This document shows positions 37,570 to 50,891 of a stretch of DNA of 64,000 nucleotides, piece after piece (the first letter of the stretch is position 1; every line of letters starts with the position of its first letter). The position numbers and the translations under genes were made by a program. The stretch comes from Callorhinchus milii. Its lineage: Eukaryota. The stretch spans positions 54,190,001-54,254,000 of the forward strand of contig NW_024704742.1 of NCBI RefSeq assembly GCF_018977255.1, read 5' to 3'. The notes beneath the pieces are model-generated. The model saw nothing but the letters and a program-made list of their open reading frames with translations. It was not told the origin of the DNA and searched no databases.

Positions 37570-38970
37570 CATAGATCCATAGAAATAGAAATTTACAGCA
37601 CAGAAGAAGGTCATTGTATCTTTTCTGGCTTTTTTTTAGAGCAATCTTTTCAATCTCAGTCTCATTCGCCTACTCTTTCTTGATACCCCTGTAGTTGACT
37701 CATTTGTAGGTACTTATCTAATTTCCTTTTGGAAGCTAATATGGATCAACCACCACTCCTGGTAGGGTATTTCATATCCTAATTATCATAAAATTATACA
37801 GCACAGAAGGAGGCCATTTGGCCCATCGTGTCTGTGCCGGCTCTTTGAAAAGAGTTATCCAATTCAATCCCACTCCCCTGCTCTCTCCCCATAGCCCTGC
37901 AAACTTATCCTCCCAAAATAATTATCTACTTCTCTCTCAAAAGTTGTTATAGCTTCCACCACCCTTTCAGGCAATGCATTCCAGATCCGAACAATTCACT
38001 GTTTGAAAACATTTCTCCTCACTTCCCCTCTGTTTCTTTTAACAACTATTTTAAATCAGTGTCCTCGGGTTACCGACCCACCTGTCAGTGGAAATAGTTT
38101 CTCCTTGTTCACCCTATCAATTCCCCTCATAATTTTGAAAACTTTTATTAAGTCTCCTCTTAACCTTCTCTGCTCCAAGGAGAATAATCTAGCTTCTCTA
38201 GTCTCTCCTGATAACTGAAGTCCCTCATTCCTGGTACCATCCTGGTAAATCTCCTTTGCACCCTCTCCAATGCCTTGACATCCTTCCTAAAGTGTGGTGC
38301 CCAGAACTGAACACAGTACTCTAGGCCTCAGGATAGGTGTTTTATAAAGGTTCATCATAACTCCCTGACTTTTGTATTCTGTGCCCCTATTTATCAAGCT
38401 TAGTATCCCTAATGCTGTTTTAACAGCTTTATCCACCTGTCCTGCCACCTTCAAAGATTTACTTGTATGAAACCCCAGGGCTCTCTGTTCCTTCACCCCC
38501 TTTAAGATTGTACCATCTAGCTGGTATTGCCTCTCATTATTTCTCCCAAAATACACTTCACATTTCTCCACATTAAACTTCATCTGCCATGTGTCTGCCC
38601 ATTTACCAGTCTGTCTATGTTCCCTTGCAGTCTGCTACTATCCTCCTCACTGTTTACTACTTTTCCTATCTTAGTGTCATCTGCAAACTTGGAAATTGTA
38701 CTCCCTATATCCAAGTCCAGGTGATTTATACAGATCAAAAAGAGCAGTGGTCTCAATACCAAGCCCAGGGGAACACAACTGTAAACTTAGCTCCAGTCAG
38801 AAAAACAACCGTTCACCACCACTCTCAGCTTTCTGTCTCCCATCCAGTTTTGCATCCATGCTGCCACTATACCTTTAATACTGTGGGCTTCTATTTTGCT
38901 TACAAGTCTCTTTTGTGGCAATTAATCGAACACCTTTTGAAAATCCATGTAAACTACATCAACTGCACTA
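37570..38970 (-). mobile_element. CR1 LINE: about 1.2 kb RT-to-3'UTR fragment (37787-38970) plus an older CR1 tail (37570-37785)
   Basis: AVDVVYMDFQK, PLLFLICINHLD, ISKFADDTKIG and MKFNVEKCEV on the minus strand. Confidence 0.92.
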
Positions 38971-39062
38971 TCTTCTTCCACCCTCACCTTTACTCCGTTA
39001 CTTCATCAAACCTACCCTGTGTGTGAAAAAAATTCTCCTAACCTCTCCATTTGCTTGTTTGC

Positions 39063-40015
39063 AAACAAGTAAGGTTGTTAGTCGATTGGCAGATTCCTTT
39101 TCCAGGGGAAATAATTCCTTCAAAAAAATAATAATAATAAATTGGTCACTTCAATCCACCATTGTTTGTGGGACACTGTTGTGCGCAATTGGCTACTGTG
39201 TTTTGCCCACAAAATATGCAATCAATTCAACAACAACAACTTGCATTTATATACAACAACAACAACAAGATTACATTTGTATAGCGCCTTTCACATTGGG
39301 AGGACGTTCCAAGGCGCTGGACAGTGTACAGCATTTCAGACCTGAGCTGGGGTCAGGGGGAGAGATGGGAGGGGAAGGGGGGTGGCCGATGGCATGGTCG
39401 AAGAGCTGGGTCTTGAGGCGGGACTTGAAGGAAGCTAAGGAGGGGGCGATGGAAGTGATTGGGGGATGGAATTCCAGAGGTTGGGGGCAGAGTGGCTGAA
39501 GGCTCTCCTGCCAATGGTGGGGCGGATGGGTCGGGGGATATGGAGCAGGCCAGAGCCGGCTGAGCGGAGGGAGCGGGCGGGTTGGTAGGGGGTTAGGAGG
39601 TCGCAGAGGTAGGGTGGTGCGAGGCCATGGAGGGCTTTGTATGTGAGGACCAGGATCTTGAACTGGATCCTCTGAAGGATAGAGAGCCAGTGGAGTTGGG
39701 CGAGAGTGGGGGAGATGGGGTCACGGAGTTTGGTGCAGGAGAGGACACGGGTTGCAGAGTTCTGGATTATCTGCAGCCTGTGGAGGGAGGAGTTGGGAAG
39801 GCCGACAAGCAGGGCACTTGCATAGTCGAGCCTGGAGGTAATGAAGGCATAAACAAGAGTTACAGCGGCCTGAGGCGTCATATATAGCGCCCTTCGCGCC
39901 GGGCAGCATCTCAGCTTCTCTTTACATAATTCACTTTACAGTATATTCTGTGAAGCACTTTCAGACGTCTCGAAGACGTGATAAAGCGCTATACCAAATG
40001 TAAGATTATCATTAT
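39063..40015 (+). mobile_element. Long-form Deu SINE (39063-39229 plus 39928-40015) split by an L2 insertion
   Basis: The SINE breaks and resumes at a duplicated aattca. Confidence 0.75.
39230..39880 (-). mobile_element. L2 LINE 3' fragment with an open ORF2 C-terminus
   Basis: ORF 39435-39881: AFITSRLDYASALLVGLP...LHWL...RIQFKILVLTYKALHGLAPPYL; (TTG)n tail. Confidence 0.92.
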
Positions 40016-40028
40016 ATCATAATATTAT

Positions 40029-40233
40029 GAGACTTGTAAGCAAAATAAAAGCCCACAGTATTAAGAACTTTTACAAGAGAGAAGTAGATAAATATTTGAG
40101 CAGGACAAGCTTGCAAGGCTATGGGGAGAGAGGGGGGAATGGGATTGATTTAGATAGCTTTTTCAAAGAGCCAGCGCAGACACGATGGGCTGAATGGCCT
40201 CCTTCTGTGCTGTATAATTCTGTGATTCTATGA
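40029..40233 (+). mobile_element. CR1 3' UTR preceded by a 36-nt RT-region piece
   Basis: 40065-40233 is the reverse complement of 37787-37945. 40029-40064 is the reverse complement of 38875-38910. Confidence 0.85.
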
Positions 40234-40261
40234 TCAAATACAAGGATTATTATTATTATTA

Positions 40262-40520
40262 TCCCTCAACCTTTGTTCCAATGGAAAATGTCCTAATTCC
40301 TCCAGTCTTAACTCATAGGGCAAACCACTCATCCCCAGGATCATTATACCAAATTTCCTTTGCACCTCCTCTATCACCTTGATGTCTTCCCTAAAGTGGG
40401 GTGACCAATACTGGGCCCAATATTCTAACAGAGATCTAACTAACAATTTATTTAACTTTAGCATAACCTCTTTGCTTTTATATTCTATATCCCTATTTAT
40501 AAAGCGTAGGATTCCATTTG
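40262..40520 (-). mobile_element. CR1 ORF2 C-terminal fragment
   Basis: LVRSLLEYWAQYWSPHFREDIKVIEEVQRK...YELRLEELG. Confidence 0.85.
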
Positions 40521-42619
40521 CTAGTGATCAGTCATTTTTTTTATTGTGCTATTGATCTATTTTGTTATGTTTCTCTTTTGTTGTCAGTTGGGATCCTTTA
40601 AGTTTCCAAGTAATAAATTAATTTATAATGCAATTGTTTATCCAAATCATCACTTATTCATTTGAAAATACATGTTCAATAGTGTAAATTACCAATGAAT
40701 GCACTGCATTGCCCCTGGTGAGCTGTGAATTTCTGTTATGTTTGTTATGCAATTTTTCTATTATACTTTCCTCTTGTGGAAGGAAAAGCACAATGGCTGC
40801 ATTAATAACAAAAAAAATCATACTTTATCACATTGCAACATTCCAAATTGCTTCACATAAATCTGGCTGGTGTTACATAGGTAAACATGGTCACTAATCT
40901 GCACCAACAATGAGATAAATGACTAAAAGTGCAATTCTTCTCAGTAAATTTGGATGATTGAGGATTGCCAACTGAGAAGAAGCAAAAAGGGCCATTAACT
41001 GCACATCTAAAAAACTCTGTTGGTGGCGCAGCAGTCATGGAGGTTGCTGCTGGTGTGATTTGGGCCCAGTGCTTTCAGAGGTGATAACTTTTTGTCACTT
41101 GTCCAATACAATGCAAAATTTGTATAGCGCCTTTCACATCGGGAGGACGTCCCAAGGCACAGATGTCCCAGGTTTAAATATTGGCACAAAACTGCTGCTG
41201 ACAGGGGAGCCAACTGTCTATGCAAACCACTTCATACATCTCACGTCATACTGCGGACAGGGAGTCTTCTCACTCGGCTTCTGTTAACCCAGCAAGCCAA
41301 AGCTCTTAACAGAATGGTCATAACATAGACAGCAGCAGAAAGCTTGTAAGACAGCCAACTTACCTGGTTGAACTCCCATCAATACCCCCAACCCACATTT
41401 TTCTGGTCATTGAGTATCTTATAAACCTCTCTGAACCTCAGGGGACTGAGGCACATGTAGAGGCCATCCTTCTAGCACACTTGTCACGTCAATTTAGTGT
41501 TGGACTTCCTATCCAAACAAAGATTTAATCTCATTTCTTCAAGACAGTTTCCTCAAGTTTTTCCTCTGTCTGCTGGGAAAATTGTGCTTTCCTTCCATGA
41601 CACAACTTCATTGTACACCACATTGGATTGCTAACCGATCATAGCCACTTATAGAGCCTGAATTTTCTCATTAAAGCGTTTGATAAAAGTTAAAATCCAT
41701 TCAATAAAGGTGTCCTCTCAATGACTGATAATGGAATGTAGTCTTCAGTGCTATTACCTTAGGTCCACTGTAGCAAGAGTAATTCCTAGTACTAATACAC
41801 CCGTGTTAATATTTACATTTACATTTATATAGCCCCTTTCACACAGATGACAAGGAACTCTAGCTAGAGGGGAGATAGAGATAGAGGGGAGGAGGGGAAG
41901 GAAAGGTGGTTGGGGTCGAAAAGACAAGTTTTAATATGGGATGCGTGTCTGAACTTTGGGCAGGATGGTGGTAATATGATATTGTGCATTTCATGCTGAG
42001 CTCACGTCTGCAGGATACCTGCTATCCACTTCCATCTCGTGAGGACTTAAACCTCTACTTGTTGGATATCAAATGACCAACTTGTGATTATCCTGGGGTG
42101 GGGGAGGGAGGGAAGTAGAGTCTATTTGGAGCCGACTTGGCTCCCAAAGAGACTCTGCCTACCTCCCCCCCTCCCCGTGACCTGTTTGATAATGTAACGT
42201 CAGAATCGAGTCCTGTTGGTAATGCAATGTCAGAATCGAGTCAACCGTCTGCGACAGTAGTCTGGTTTCAGAGTCAGGCAAAACCACAGTATTCCAGGAC
42301 ACTGCTGATAACAGCCTGGCTCATCGGCAGGCCTTGGGGAACAGACTGGGGGCAGGGATTCTTATCACCTAGCTCCTGTTAGACCTGCAGGCCAAAACCC
42401 TAACAGGTAGGGTGGTCTAAGTTGGACAAGCATTGAAAAGCTTGTCAGACACTGCTTTCAATGACAAGCTATGCGGTTTTAGCCGGTTAAACTCCAGCGG
42501 TACCCCATTGCACACTCTGGGCATCCCAAGCATTGCTAACCTGCGTCTAATCCTCTCCAGATTTAACAGAATGGGTCCCTCTGGAGAGAGAATGTGCATT
42601 CCAGTTCATACAACCAGCT

Positions 42620-42845
42620 AACAACAAAAAAGTGAGTTTTGAATACTGCAAGGGAGAGGAGGTGCAAGGCAGAGATACCACAAGATAAAGTTCCAGAGAG
42701 GAGGGGCAGAAAGGCTGAAAGCTTCCCCATCAATGATGGAACAGATTGGCAGGGTGAATGAAGCACGTTCATGTTTGCTGAGAGGAAGGAGCAACTTGGA
42801 CAGGAGAGTCACAGAGGTAGGGTGGGGTGAGGCCCTGGAGTCATT
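42620..42845 (-). mobile_element. L2 3' fragment
   Basis: AFSLSAPPLWN...FKTHFF on the minus strand. Confidence 0.7.
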
Positions 42846-43280
42846 TGATAGTTCCTCCTGCTATTGTTGCGTGATGTTCAAAGAGAGATGATTATTCTAA
42901 ATCTGTAATCTCAGCAATAAATTTTCCTGGACATGATAACTTTGTGCAGATGAGGTACCAAGCCATTAATGATTCATTTATTCAAGTTCAATGAATTATC
43001 TTTGTGTACCAAATTCCATTCAGGAAATCCCTTTTGTATTAAGGTGTAATCTCACTGCAACTGCAAGTGCTCCCAAAACCGTTGAAGACCGTATGTTCTA
43101 TTTGTTGGTAACTGAGAACTATTCTGTGTTAATTACTCGAAATGCTGGAAATTTGTCAAAGTTTTCCAGCATGATACTTTAATTAAAATCACAAATAGAG
43201 TTTTGAGTGAAAGAATTTAATTTCACAAATCTAAACTTGTACTTTAATGTCATCCTCATTAGAAGTTGTTAATAGATTGT

Positions 43281-44237
43281 AACAACAACAGTAAAATTAC
43301 ATTTGTAAAGTGCCTTTCACATCGAGAGGATGTCCCAAAGCGCAGAACAGTCAGGGATCAGGACCCAAGCGGAGGGGGCAGGGTTGGGGTGAGGGAGGGC
43401 AGAGAGGTTGGAGGATGGCTGAAGGCACAGTCGAAAAGGAGGGCCTTGAGAGTACTTTGAAGGAGGCAAGGGAGGGAGCAAGGTATAGGGATTGTGGAAT
43501 GGAGTTCCAAAATGTGGGGTCAGAGAGGCTGAATGTATGGCAGGCCAGGCCGGAGACATGGAGCAGGCCAGAGCCTGCCGAGCAAAGGGAACGGACAGGT
43601 TGATAGGAGGTCAGCAGGTGAGAGAGCTAGGAGGGGGCAAGGCCGTGGAGGGCCCTGAAGGTGAGGACGATGATTTTGAATTCTATCCTCTGAGGGATGA
43701 GGAGCCAGTGGAGCCGGGCGAAGATGGGAGTGATGGAGTCACGGAGCCTCGGGCGGGAGAGGACATGAGCTGCAGAGTTATGGATGATCTGCAGCTTGTG
43801 GAGGGAAGAGTTGGGGAGGCCGACAAGGAGGGAGTTTCCGTAGTCGAGCCTTGAGGTGACAAATGCGAGGGTTTTGGCGGCCTGAGGGGTGAGGCAGTGG
43901 CGCAATCGGGCAATGTTGCAGAGGTGGAGGAAAGCAGAGCAGATCATGGCATGGATGTGGGGGAGAAAGGACAGTTGAGAATTGAACAAGACGCCCAGGT
44001 TCCTGACTGGCTTAGTGAGGTTGAGTGTGCAGCTGTGGAGGCTGATGCTGCTGGTGCCTGAGGTGCAGAGGCGCTGGCGCGAGCCAATCAGGACGTCCTC
44101 AGTCTTGCTGACATTCAACTGGAGAAGGTTGGATCTTATCCAGGACTTGGTGTCTGACAGACAGTCTGTCAGGACAACAACAACAACAAAATTACATTTA
44201 CAGAGTGCCTTTCATGTCGGGAGGACATCCCAAGGCC
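43281..44237 (-). mobile_element. L2 LINE fragment (43281-44172) with a second L2 tail at 44174-44237
   Basis: LNVSKTEDVLIG, VRNLGVLFNSQLSF, AFVTSRLDYGNSLLVGLP and RIEFKIIVLTF. Confidence 0.92.
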
Positions 44238-44849
44238 CTGGGAGGATGCGCTTGAATGGGAGGCAAACAACGTATATCTTCCAATATCACTTTACATACT
44301 CAGTATACATATTCTTGGCAAGGATATAAAAATAAATGTTAATTTCAAATACGAGCTTTCTTAAAATAAACATCCAGAAAAACTACTTCAGAATTAAGGA
44401 GATAATTAAGAATTTGCCAGTTTTCTAAAATGCTGAGAAAAAATGGTAAAATCTTGACCCAGATAGAATTTCTCCCAAGAGTTCCATTGGAATTGGGTGC
44501 CAAATGCTTATGTAGAAGGAATTACAAATGCTTTTAATCCTGTAATTAATAAAACATAAGAAGGGTTTATTAATGATGTGGTTAATAACCATTCTTTAGC
44601 TACATTTCCTAATTGCATAATTAGGGGCACCCTAATTCTCTCTATTCCTGTGTTTACAAGTGGTTTACACAGAGGTGCATAATAGACTCCACTATTTATG
44701 ATAGAGTTCCACAAGGCATGAAACCTTACTGCTGCTGTTCTACACACATTTCTGCAGAATAATATAGATAGTTGCAGTGCTGCTACACCAATTCTCGAGT
44801 TCTTAGCCTGAATTTAATGTAAATCAGAATAAGGAAAAGCCCTTCATCC

Positions 44850-46490
44850 CTCTGAAGTATATGCCTCTAATGCATTAACTCTCTTAACAAAGCATCTAAT
44901 TCTATTTTGAATAACCCCCAAACATTTGCCTTTATTACCTTGCTTGACAGATTATTTTAAACATGGATCTCCTCTTTTGAGTGAAGACGTTTTTTGATAT
45001 TGGTTTTAAATTAATTTTCCCCTTTATTTTATGTCCCCTTAGTTGTTCTTTCCTAGAGCAACTTTACTTTGCTAATCTTGGAGCTCCTGTGTAGCACTAC
45101 TCCAGTTTTAATCTTGTATACTTTGTATAATGCCAAATTTGCTGAGAGTGACAAGTAGAGTTGAGACTTGTTAAGAATTTTCATCCTTTTACAAGATTTT
45201 CTTGTCCTCCTCAGTGCTTTGTTTATTCTAGAATAAATCAATTACAATTACCACGTCATGGAGCTTCATGTTTCCAACTGAAGAGCAATCCTTGTAGAGC
45301 AGTGATTGGTGAGCAACATCACACTCAATGTAACCTTTTCTGGAAAGTTATTGATTTGGTCTTCTTTGCTCTGAATGATATATACAATTTGTTTGCTCAT
45401 TGACCAATTCTATCTGAATTTGCTTGAAGTGATTTGCTCACCAGCTGAATTTCAGTTGAGGCTTTACTTTTTCCTAAATTGTTGGTATCATCAACAAAGA
45501 GAGCAGTGTCACTTCCTATGAAAATCACTATAGGTCATTGATGAAGATGAAAAACGAAGTGAAGTGAAGCAATTTTACCTGTGTAAATCTTGTGGTAAAA
45601 TGCTCATTTTCTATATACTGAGGAAATAGAGCATTCATTTCAGAAATTCACCGTATAGTATAAACCTTAAGTCTTAGGTCCTGGAATTGTGCTAGTTGCT
45701 TTTCTGTTTAGTTTTCTCAAATGCATCAGTGCCTTTTTCAAGGATGAATACTTTTCACTAGATGCTAGCCTTTTTTAAAGACTGACTGATACACTTAATG
45801 AAAGGATTCAAAAACGTTGGGGCTTTTTGGATAACTTTGTTCCACTGATTGAGAAAATTCCTGATTTGGAGGAGGATGTTTCTTACAATATGAGTTTTGC
45901 TGAGACAAAGTGTCAAATATTCAGGGAATATGCAGCATTCAAAGAGTCTGTAATTTTTGGATTTGTTACAAAAATCAACAAAAATGTGGCAGATACATTT
46001 TAATGCAGGTAATGTACATTGGAACAGGAAACAGCATAGCATTTTCAATTAAGATGGTAATTTGAAATAGGAAAATGATTTTTGTGTTATTATTGATCAT
46101 TTAATGAATGTTTTCAATCAATATTGAAATGCTCTCAACAAAATAAATGAATTGCGAGGCTATCAGGCGGAGTTAATTATTAGTCAAAACAAGTTATTCC
46201 AACTTAAATTCTTAATTAGACCAAAGTGAAGTAATTTGGGGAATATTCTGTGCAATCATGAGTACCCCACACTAAATAGTTTTTTGAAACATTAGAATAG
46301 TGTCCACCAAAACAACAGGGATAATCCCAGAATTTAGGGATAGTTTTGAAAAGAAAGACACAGAGTTGAACTTGTTATTATTGAAGAAAAGAAGAATAAG
46401 GTGGATATTTGGATGAAATCTTTCAAGTTCTGAGACACTTAGATGATATAGATGAAAGAAAGCTGGATGATTTGGACTATAAAGAACTAG
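44850..46490. mobile_element. Very old CR1-like remnants (minus strand about 44850-45540, plus strand about 45790-46490)
   Basis: Degenerate LFADDT-, QWVKMLLT- and FNAGKC-like motifs and 3' UTR-like stretches. Confidence 0.45.
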
Positions 46491-47094
46491 AATACATTTA
46501 ATGATGTGCTTCTGCTATCAGGACTGATACTGCTTTCAGCAGTACACCAACACTTTACACGTTACACTGTACTAATTAAGATGATAAAAAACAAGCTGCC
46601 AATTTCGACATTCTATCCATGTACATCTTGGAACATGACCTAAAAATGTAAATTGGGTGATTTTTAAATCTTTTAAAGAGCTGATTGTATGTTTGATATT
46701 AAATATAAGTTGTTTAAAAGCTTTTGGGGGTTCAATCATCTACAAAGGATTTTTAAAAATACCACATGAGAGTGAATTCTGCACACTTTGCAGCTGTCAC
46801 TTTCTTTCCACATATGTATAATTCACATCTATATTTTCACAGTCCAGTATATCATTTCTCAATTTGCAGCAGTAGGTGCATTCGCATGGCAAGAAACCTT
46901 TTTTCCGACATTTTGCAACAAGTTCCAGGGAGCAATTTTATGTAAGATAGAAATAGACTTTTTGCTAATTATTTCAATGTAGATTCACTATTTATTATTT
47001 TGGTGTTGACATTGAACTACTGAATCCAAAGCCTTAATTTTCAAATATGACTTTAACTGAGATTGACTAATGCAACCCACCTTAATCCACAGCT

Positions 47095-48430
47095 AAAATC
47101 CAAGCTCTGGAATTTGTTGTCGCTAACCAGCTTTGCTCACCCCTCTCCCTTCACTTCCTCCTTGAGCCCCTCCAGTCTGGTTTCCGACCTACCTATAGCA
47201 TAGAGACTGCGCTTGTCAAGGTCACAAACAACATCCTCTCTCTCTCTGTGATCAGGACTCCCTCTGCCTCCTCGTCTTCCTGGACACAGTCCACCACGCC
47301 ATCTTCATCCACTGTCTCTCTTTCCTCATCCACCTCAGTGGGACTGCACTAGCCTGGTTCAAGTCTTATCTAACAAACCACCTTCACTTTGTCTCTTATG
47401 GTTTCTCCTCCCGCCCGGTCATCTGCGGGTACCTCAGGGCTCTGTCTTTGGCCCCCTACTCTTCCTCATCTACATGCTCCTCTTAGTGATGTCATCCGCA
47501 GACATGGGATCAACTTTGACAGGGATGCGGATGACCACAAATCTACTTCTCTTCCTCCAGCTACGACTTCAGGTCTGCCGATGTTCTGTCAGCTTGTCTG
47601 GTGGGTATCAGGGCCTGGATGAATGAAAAGTTCTTGCAACTAAATGTCAACAAAACAGAAGCGATACTCTGGTTCCCATCAAAGTCTTCTATCCTACGGC
47701 TCTGACCTTCTCAACCTCCCCAGCCTATCCCTCAGACTCACTGAACCAGCGCAACCTAGGCATCAGGTTCAACCCAGAGCTGTCTTTCCTTCCCCACATC
47801 CTGACCCTGATCAGGACCACCTTCCTCCACCTCTGACACATTGCCCACCTCCAACCTTACCCCAGACACAGGCGAAACACTCGTCCATGCGTTCATCACA
47901 TCCCGCCTCAACTATTCAAATGCCCTCTTCGTCGGTCTCCGCAGCTCCATCATGCACAAAAACAGGCTGATCCCAAACTCTGCCACCCTCAAACTCACCT
48001 GTACTAAACTCTATACCCCCATCACACCAGTTCTAGCCAGGCTTTACTGGCTGTCTAATGCCGAACGGATCAACTTCAAGATCCTCGCACTGGTTTTCAA
48101 ATCACTTCATGCCCTGACACCCCCTCCTCTCTGACCTGCTTACTTCCCAAGCCACTACTTGCTGCCTCTGGTTGACTGGCTCCGGCCTTATGCATGTTCC
48201 TCATGCCCTCCATTCCACCATTGGTGGCCGCGCTTTCAGCCACAACCCCCAAAACTCTTCCTCTATCCCTCCGCCTTACCCCTTCCTTCCCCATTTTCAG
48301 ATTGCGCCTGAAGACCTTCCTCTTCGACCATGCCTACGGTCAACTCCCAACAGCTCAGCATCATGCTCCATCACTGCCAAACACTCTGGGACGTTACCAC
48401 AAGGAAGCTATACAAATGCAAGTTGTTGTA
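47095..48430 (+). mobile_element. L2 LINE, 1.3 kb fragment covering the RT core to the 3' tail, frameshifted
   Basis: LEPLQSGFRPTYSIETALVKVTNNIL, VPQGSVFGPLLFLIYM, ADD, and LVHAFITSRLNYSNAL. Confidence 0.92.
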
Positions 48431-48699
48431 AAATTTGAATTTAATAATCTTTGCATTTACATGTAATAATAATCCTGTTTGTGTGTAAAATTCAGTCACT
48501 AGACTTTGTGATAAATCCTGTGAAGCATTTTGTGATGGCCTTCCAAGGTGTTACATTAAATGCAAGGATTAATATTATTATTATCTCATAAATAAAAAAA
48601 GCTAACTATATTTGATTTAACGAAAGCCATGCTTTTGACTATGTTCAGAAGCTAATGGTATGTTATTGTATATATGGTGTTAATGCTCACAGTTGCAAG

Positions 48700-48840
48700 C
48701 AACAACAAGAACATATTACATTTGTATAGAGCCTTTCACATCCGGAGGATGTCCCAAGGCGCTGGACATAGAAGTTGGGACCGAGCTGGGGGTTGGGATC
48801 AGGAGGGAGTGGTGGGCAGGGAGGCTGGGAGTAGGAGGGT
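48700..48840 (-). mobile_element. Short L2 3' end
   Basis: Reverse tail stem-loop and G-rich UTR. Confidence 0.7.
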
Positions 48841-50748
48841 GACTGTTTGTCCAATGGAGTCTGAGTCTATGTGTCCTTGTTTAAAGCCTTGTGTACTACA
48901 TTATGCAGGACGTATTGGTTATGTATCTTAATCACATAACTAATGATACCTGTAAAAATTTTTAGACATGTGTGACGTGATACACACATGGTGCTTAATA
49001 AACACAAATTTACCCATAAATGGTCTGCACCTGATGTATACTAGACCTGAACAGCAGTATATGTCTGGTAGAAAAAAATCTCATATAAATACATTATAAA
49101 AGCATTAATATGAGACTTTGTATTTTATATGAAGTATAACAATTCTATGAAACTTTGAAATTATGCAAGTCATAGCTAGTTCCTCCGAAGCTAAGCTCTT
49201 CCATTGCAGATAGAGATTGCTCCAGACTGAGGAAAAAGAAAATTGTGCGAATAATTGATTCTTATAAAATTAACTGGTAAACCTTCTTCTTTATTTGCTT
49301 TTAAGCTCACATTTCAATGTGACCTCATAATGCACACAATTGCCTGTAAGGCACTATTAAAAATTAAGACTGGTAGCAGTGAAGTGAAATGTTTATGGTG
49401 TCTGTTTGAAAAATATTATGAAATCCAATTGAATAGCTTGTTTTATGTCCTAGATCCTCTAATTACAAACTAGTCACAAAGTCTATGTTATTGATAATTT
49501 GTAAAACATATGCATTGGTACTGCACACAAAGTATTTCATATTGAAGATCATATTTTATAAATTGCTAATCGGCATGGGCATACACATATTTGTCACGCA
49601 AAATGTTTTAGACTAATTGTAAATTAATTATAAATGAGGTTTCAGTTTGATGGGCTAATAACTCTCTCTCTCTGGTGGCTGTAAAGGTCCTATATTTAAT
49701 TCTACTCTTGACTTTGTCTACCTTCCTCTAACTCTGTAGTATTTCCCATCGCCATTCCTAGACCATGAGCTCAAAGTCCCAATGTAGTTTTCATTTGTTA
49801 TTTATACAACTTATTCTGTTTCCTACAGTATATCTCTATCCCCCCACCCCTCCCAAATCCAACCACCAGCTAGGGTGCAAACCCTCGACTGTCCAGAGTT
49901 TTGGGATCCCCTCCCGACATGAAAGGCATTATATACAATAAATACAATTTGTTATTGTTATTTCCTTCCCTTTCTTACTAAAACCACTTATTGGCAGTAT
50001 TCTGCTGTGAAATGACTTGGCAGACACCTTTCTGTTTGTAGTGATCATATGCATTCAATTGTGTAGATATGTAATGTATTCCAGTTAATGTGTTACTCAA
50101 CATGGCTAATTATGTTATAAGCCTTTTATGTATTCCTAAAACCCTATTTAACCATTATTTTGTATAAGAAAGCTTTTTGAACAAGTGCTTGTTCTCAGCA
50201 GCGTTATTGCTGCTTCCGATTCAGTGCTCAAGTGAAATGGGAGGAAGGCTTTCAAACAATGAAGTTGCTAAAAGGCATGATCAGTAAATAGATTAGAAAC
50301 AGACTGGTTAAATGTTCACCGATTTTTTGCAATGGAAAAAAAGTAAAGGGGAATGAAGTAATAATAATAATCCTTGCATTTGATACAGCACTTGTTTTTT
50401 TGGTCAGCGGAGAATCAGACACGTGTGGAAACCCATCACCATGACCAAACTGAGAGTTCCATGTATCTCACCTACACATGGAAATTCTTGTATATTTTAT
50501 GGTAACTTTCCTGTCGGGAGGACATCTTAAAGTGCTTCAAACGATATAGAGTAAACCCCTGGCCCGCTTACTGGACTCCAGATATCCAGAATTCGGACTT
50601 TGGCAAGCAGAAAGCAGAATTTTCAAAAAAAAAAATTGCGTGTCCACTCTGGCTGTTGATTCCCGCTGGCCCACTCCTGACACACGGAGAAGCCTCTGCT
50701 GGCCTTCAGTCAGTCAGTCGGTCGGTCGGACATATTGACTTTCACTCA

Positions 50749-50891
50749 GTTTGAATCCCGCGAGCAGAAGACAGCTTATTCACTATTTTCTCGCAAGATT
50801 CAAACAATTACAATGCTGGTTCCGGCATTCACCGGCATTTTCCGGCACTGATAAAAGCTGGTAAATGCTGGTACCGACCAGCATTGTAATT
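50749..50891. repeat. Two abutting inverted repeats
   Basis: 50749-50764 pairs with 50790-50805 (14 of 16). 50806-50820 pairs with 50877-50891 (15 of 15) and has further inner pairing. Confidence 0.85.

Noticed and set aside
38915..39499. Longest ORF in the track (194 aa)
   Set aside because: It is a chance read-through of CR1, SINE and antisense L2 sequence.
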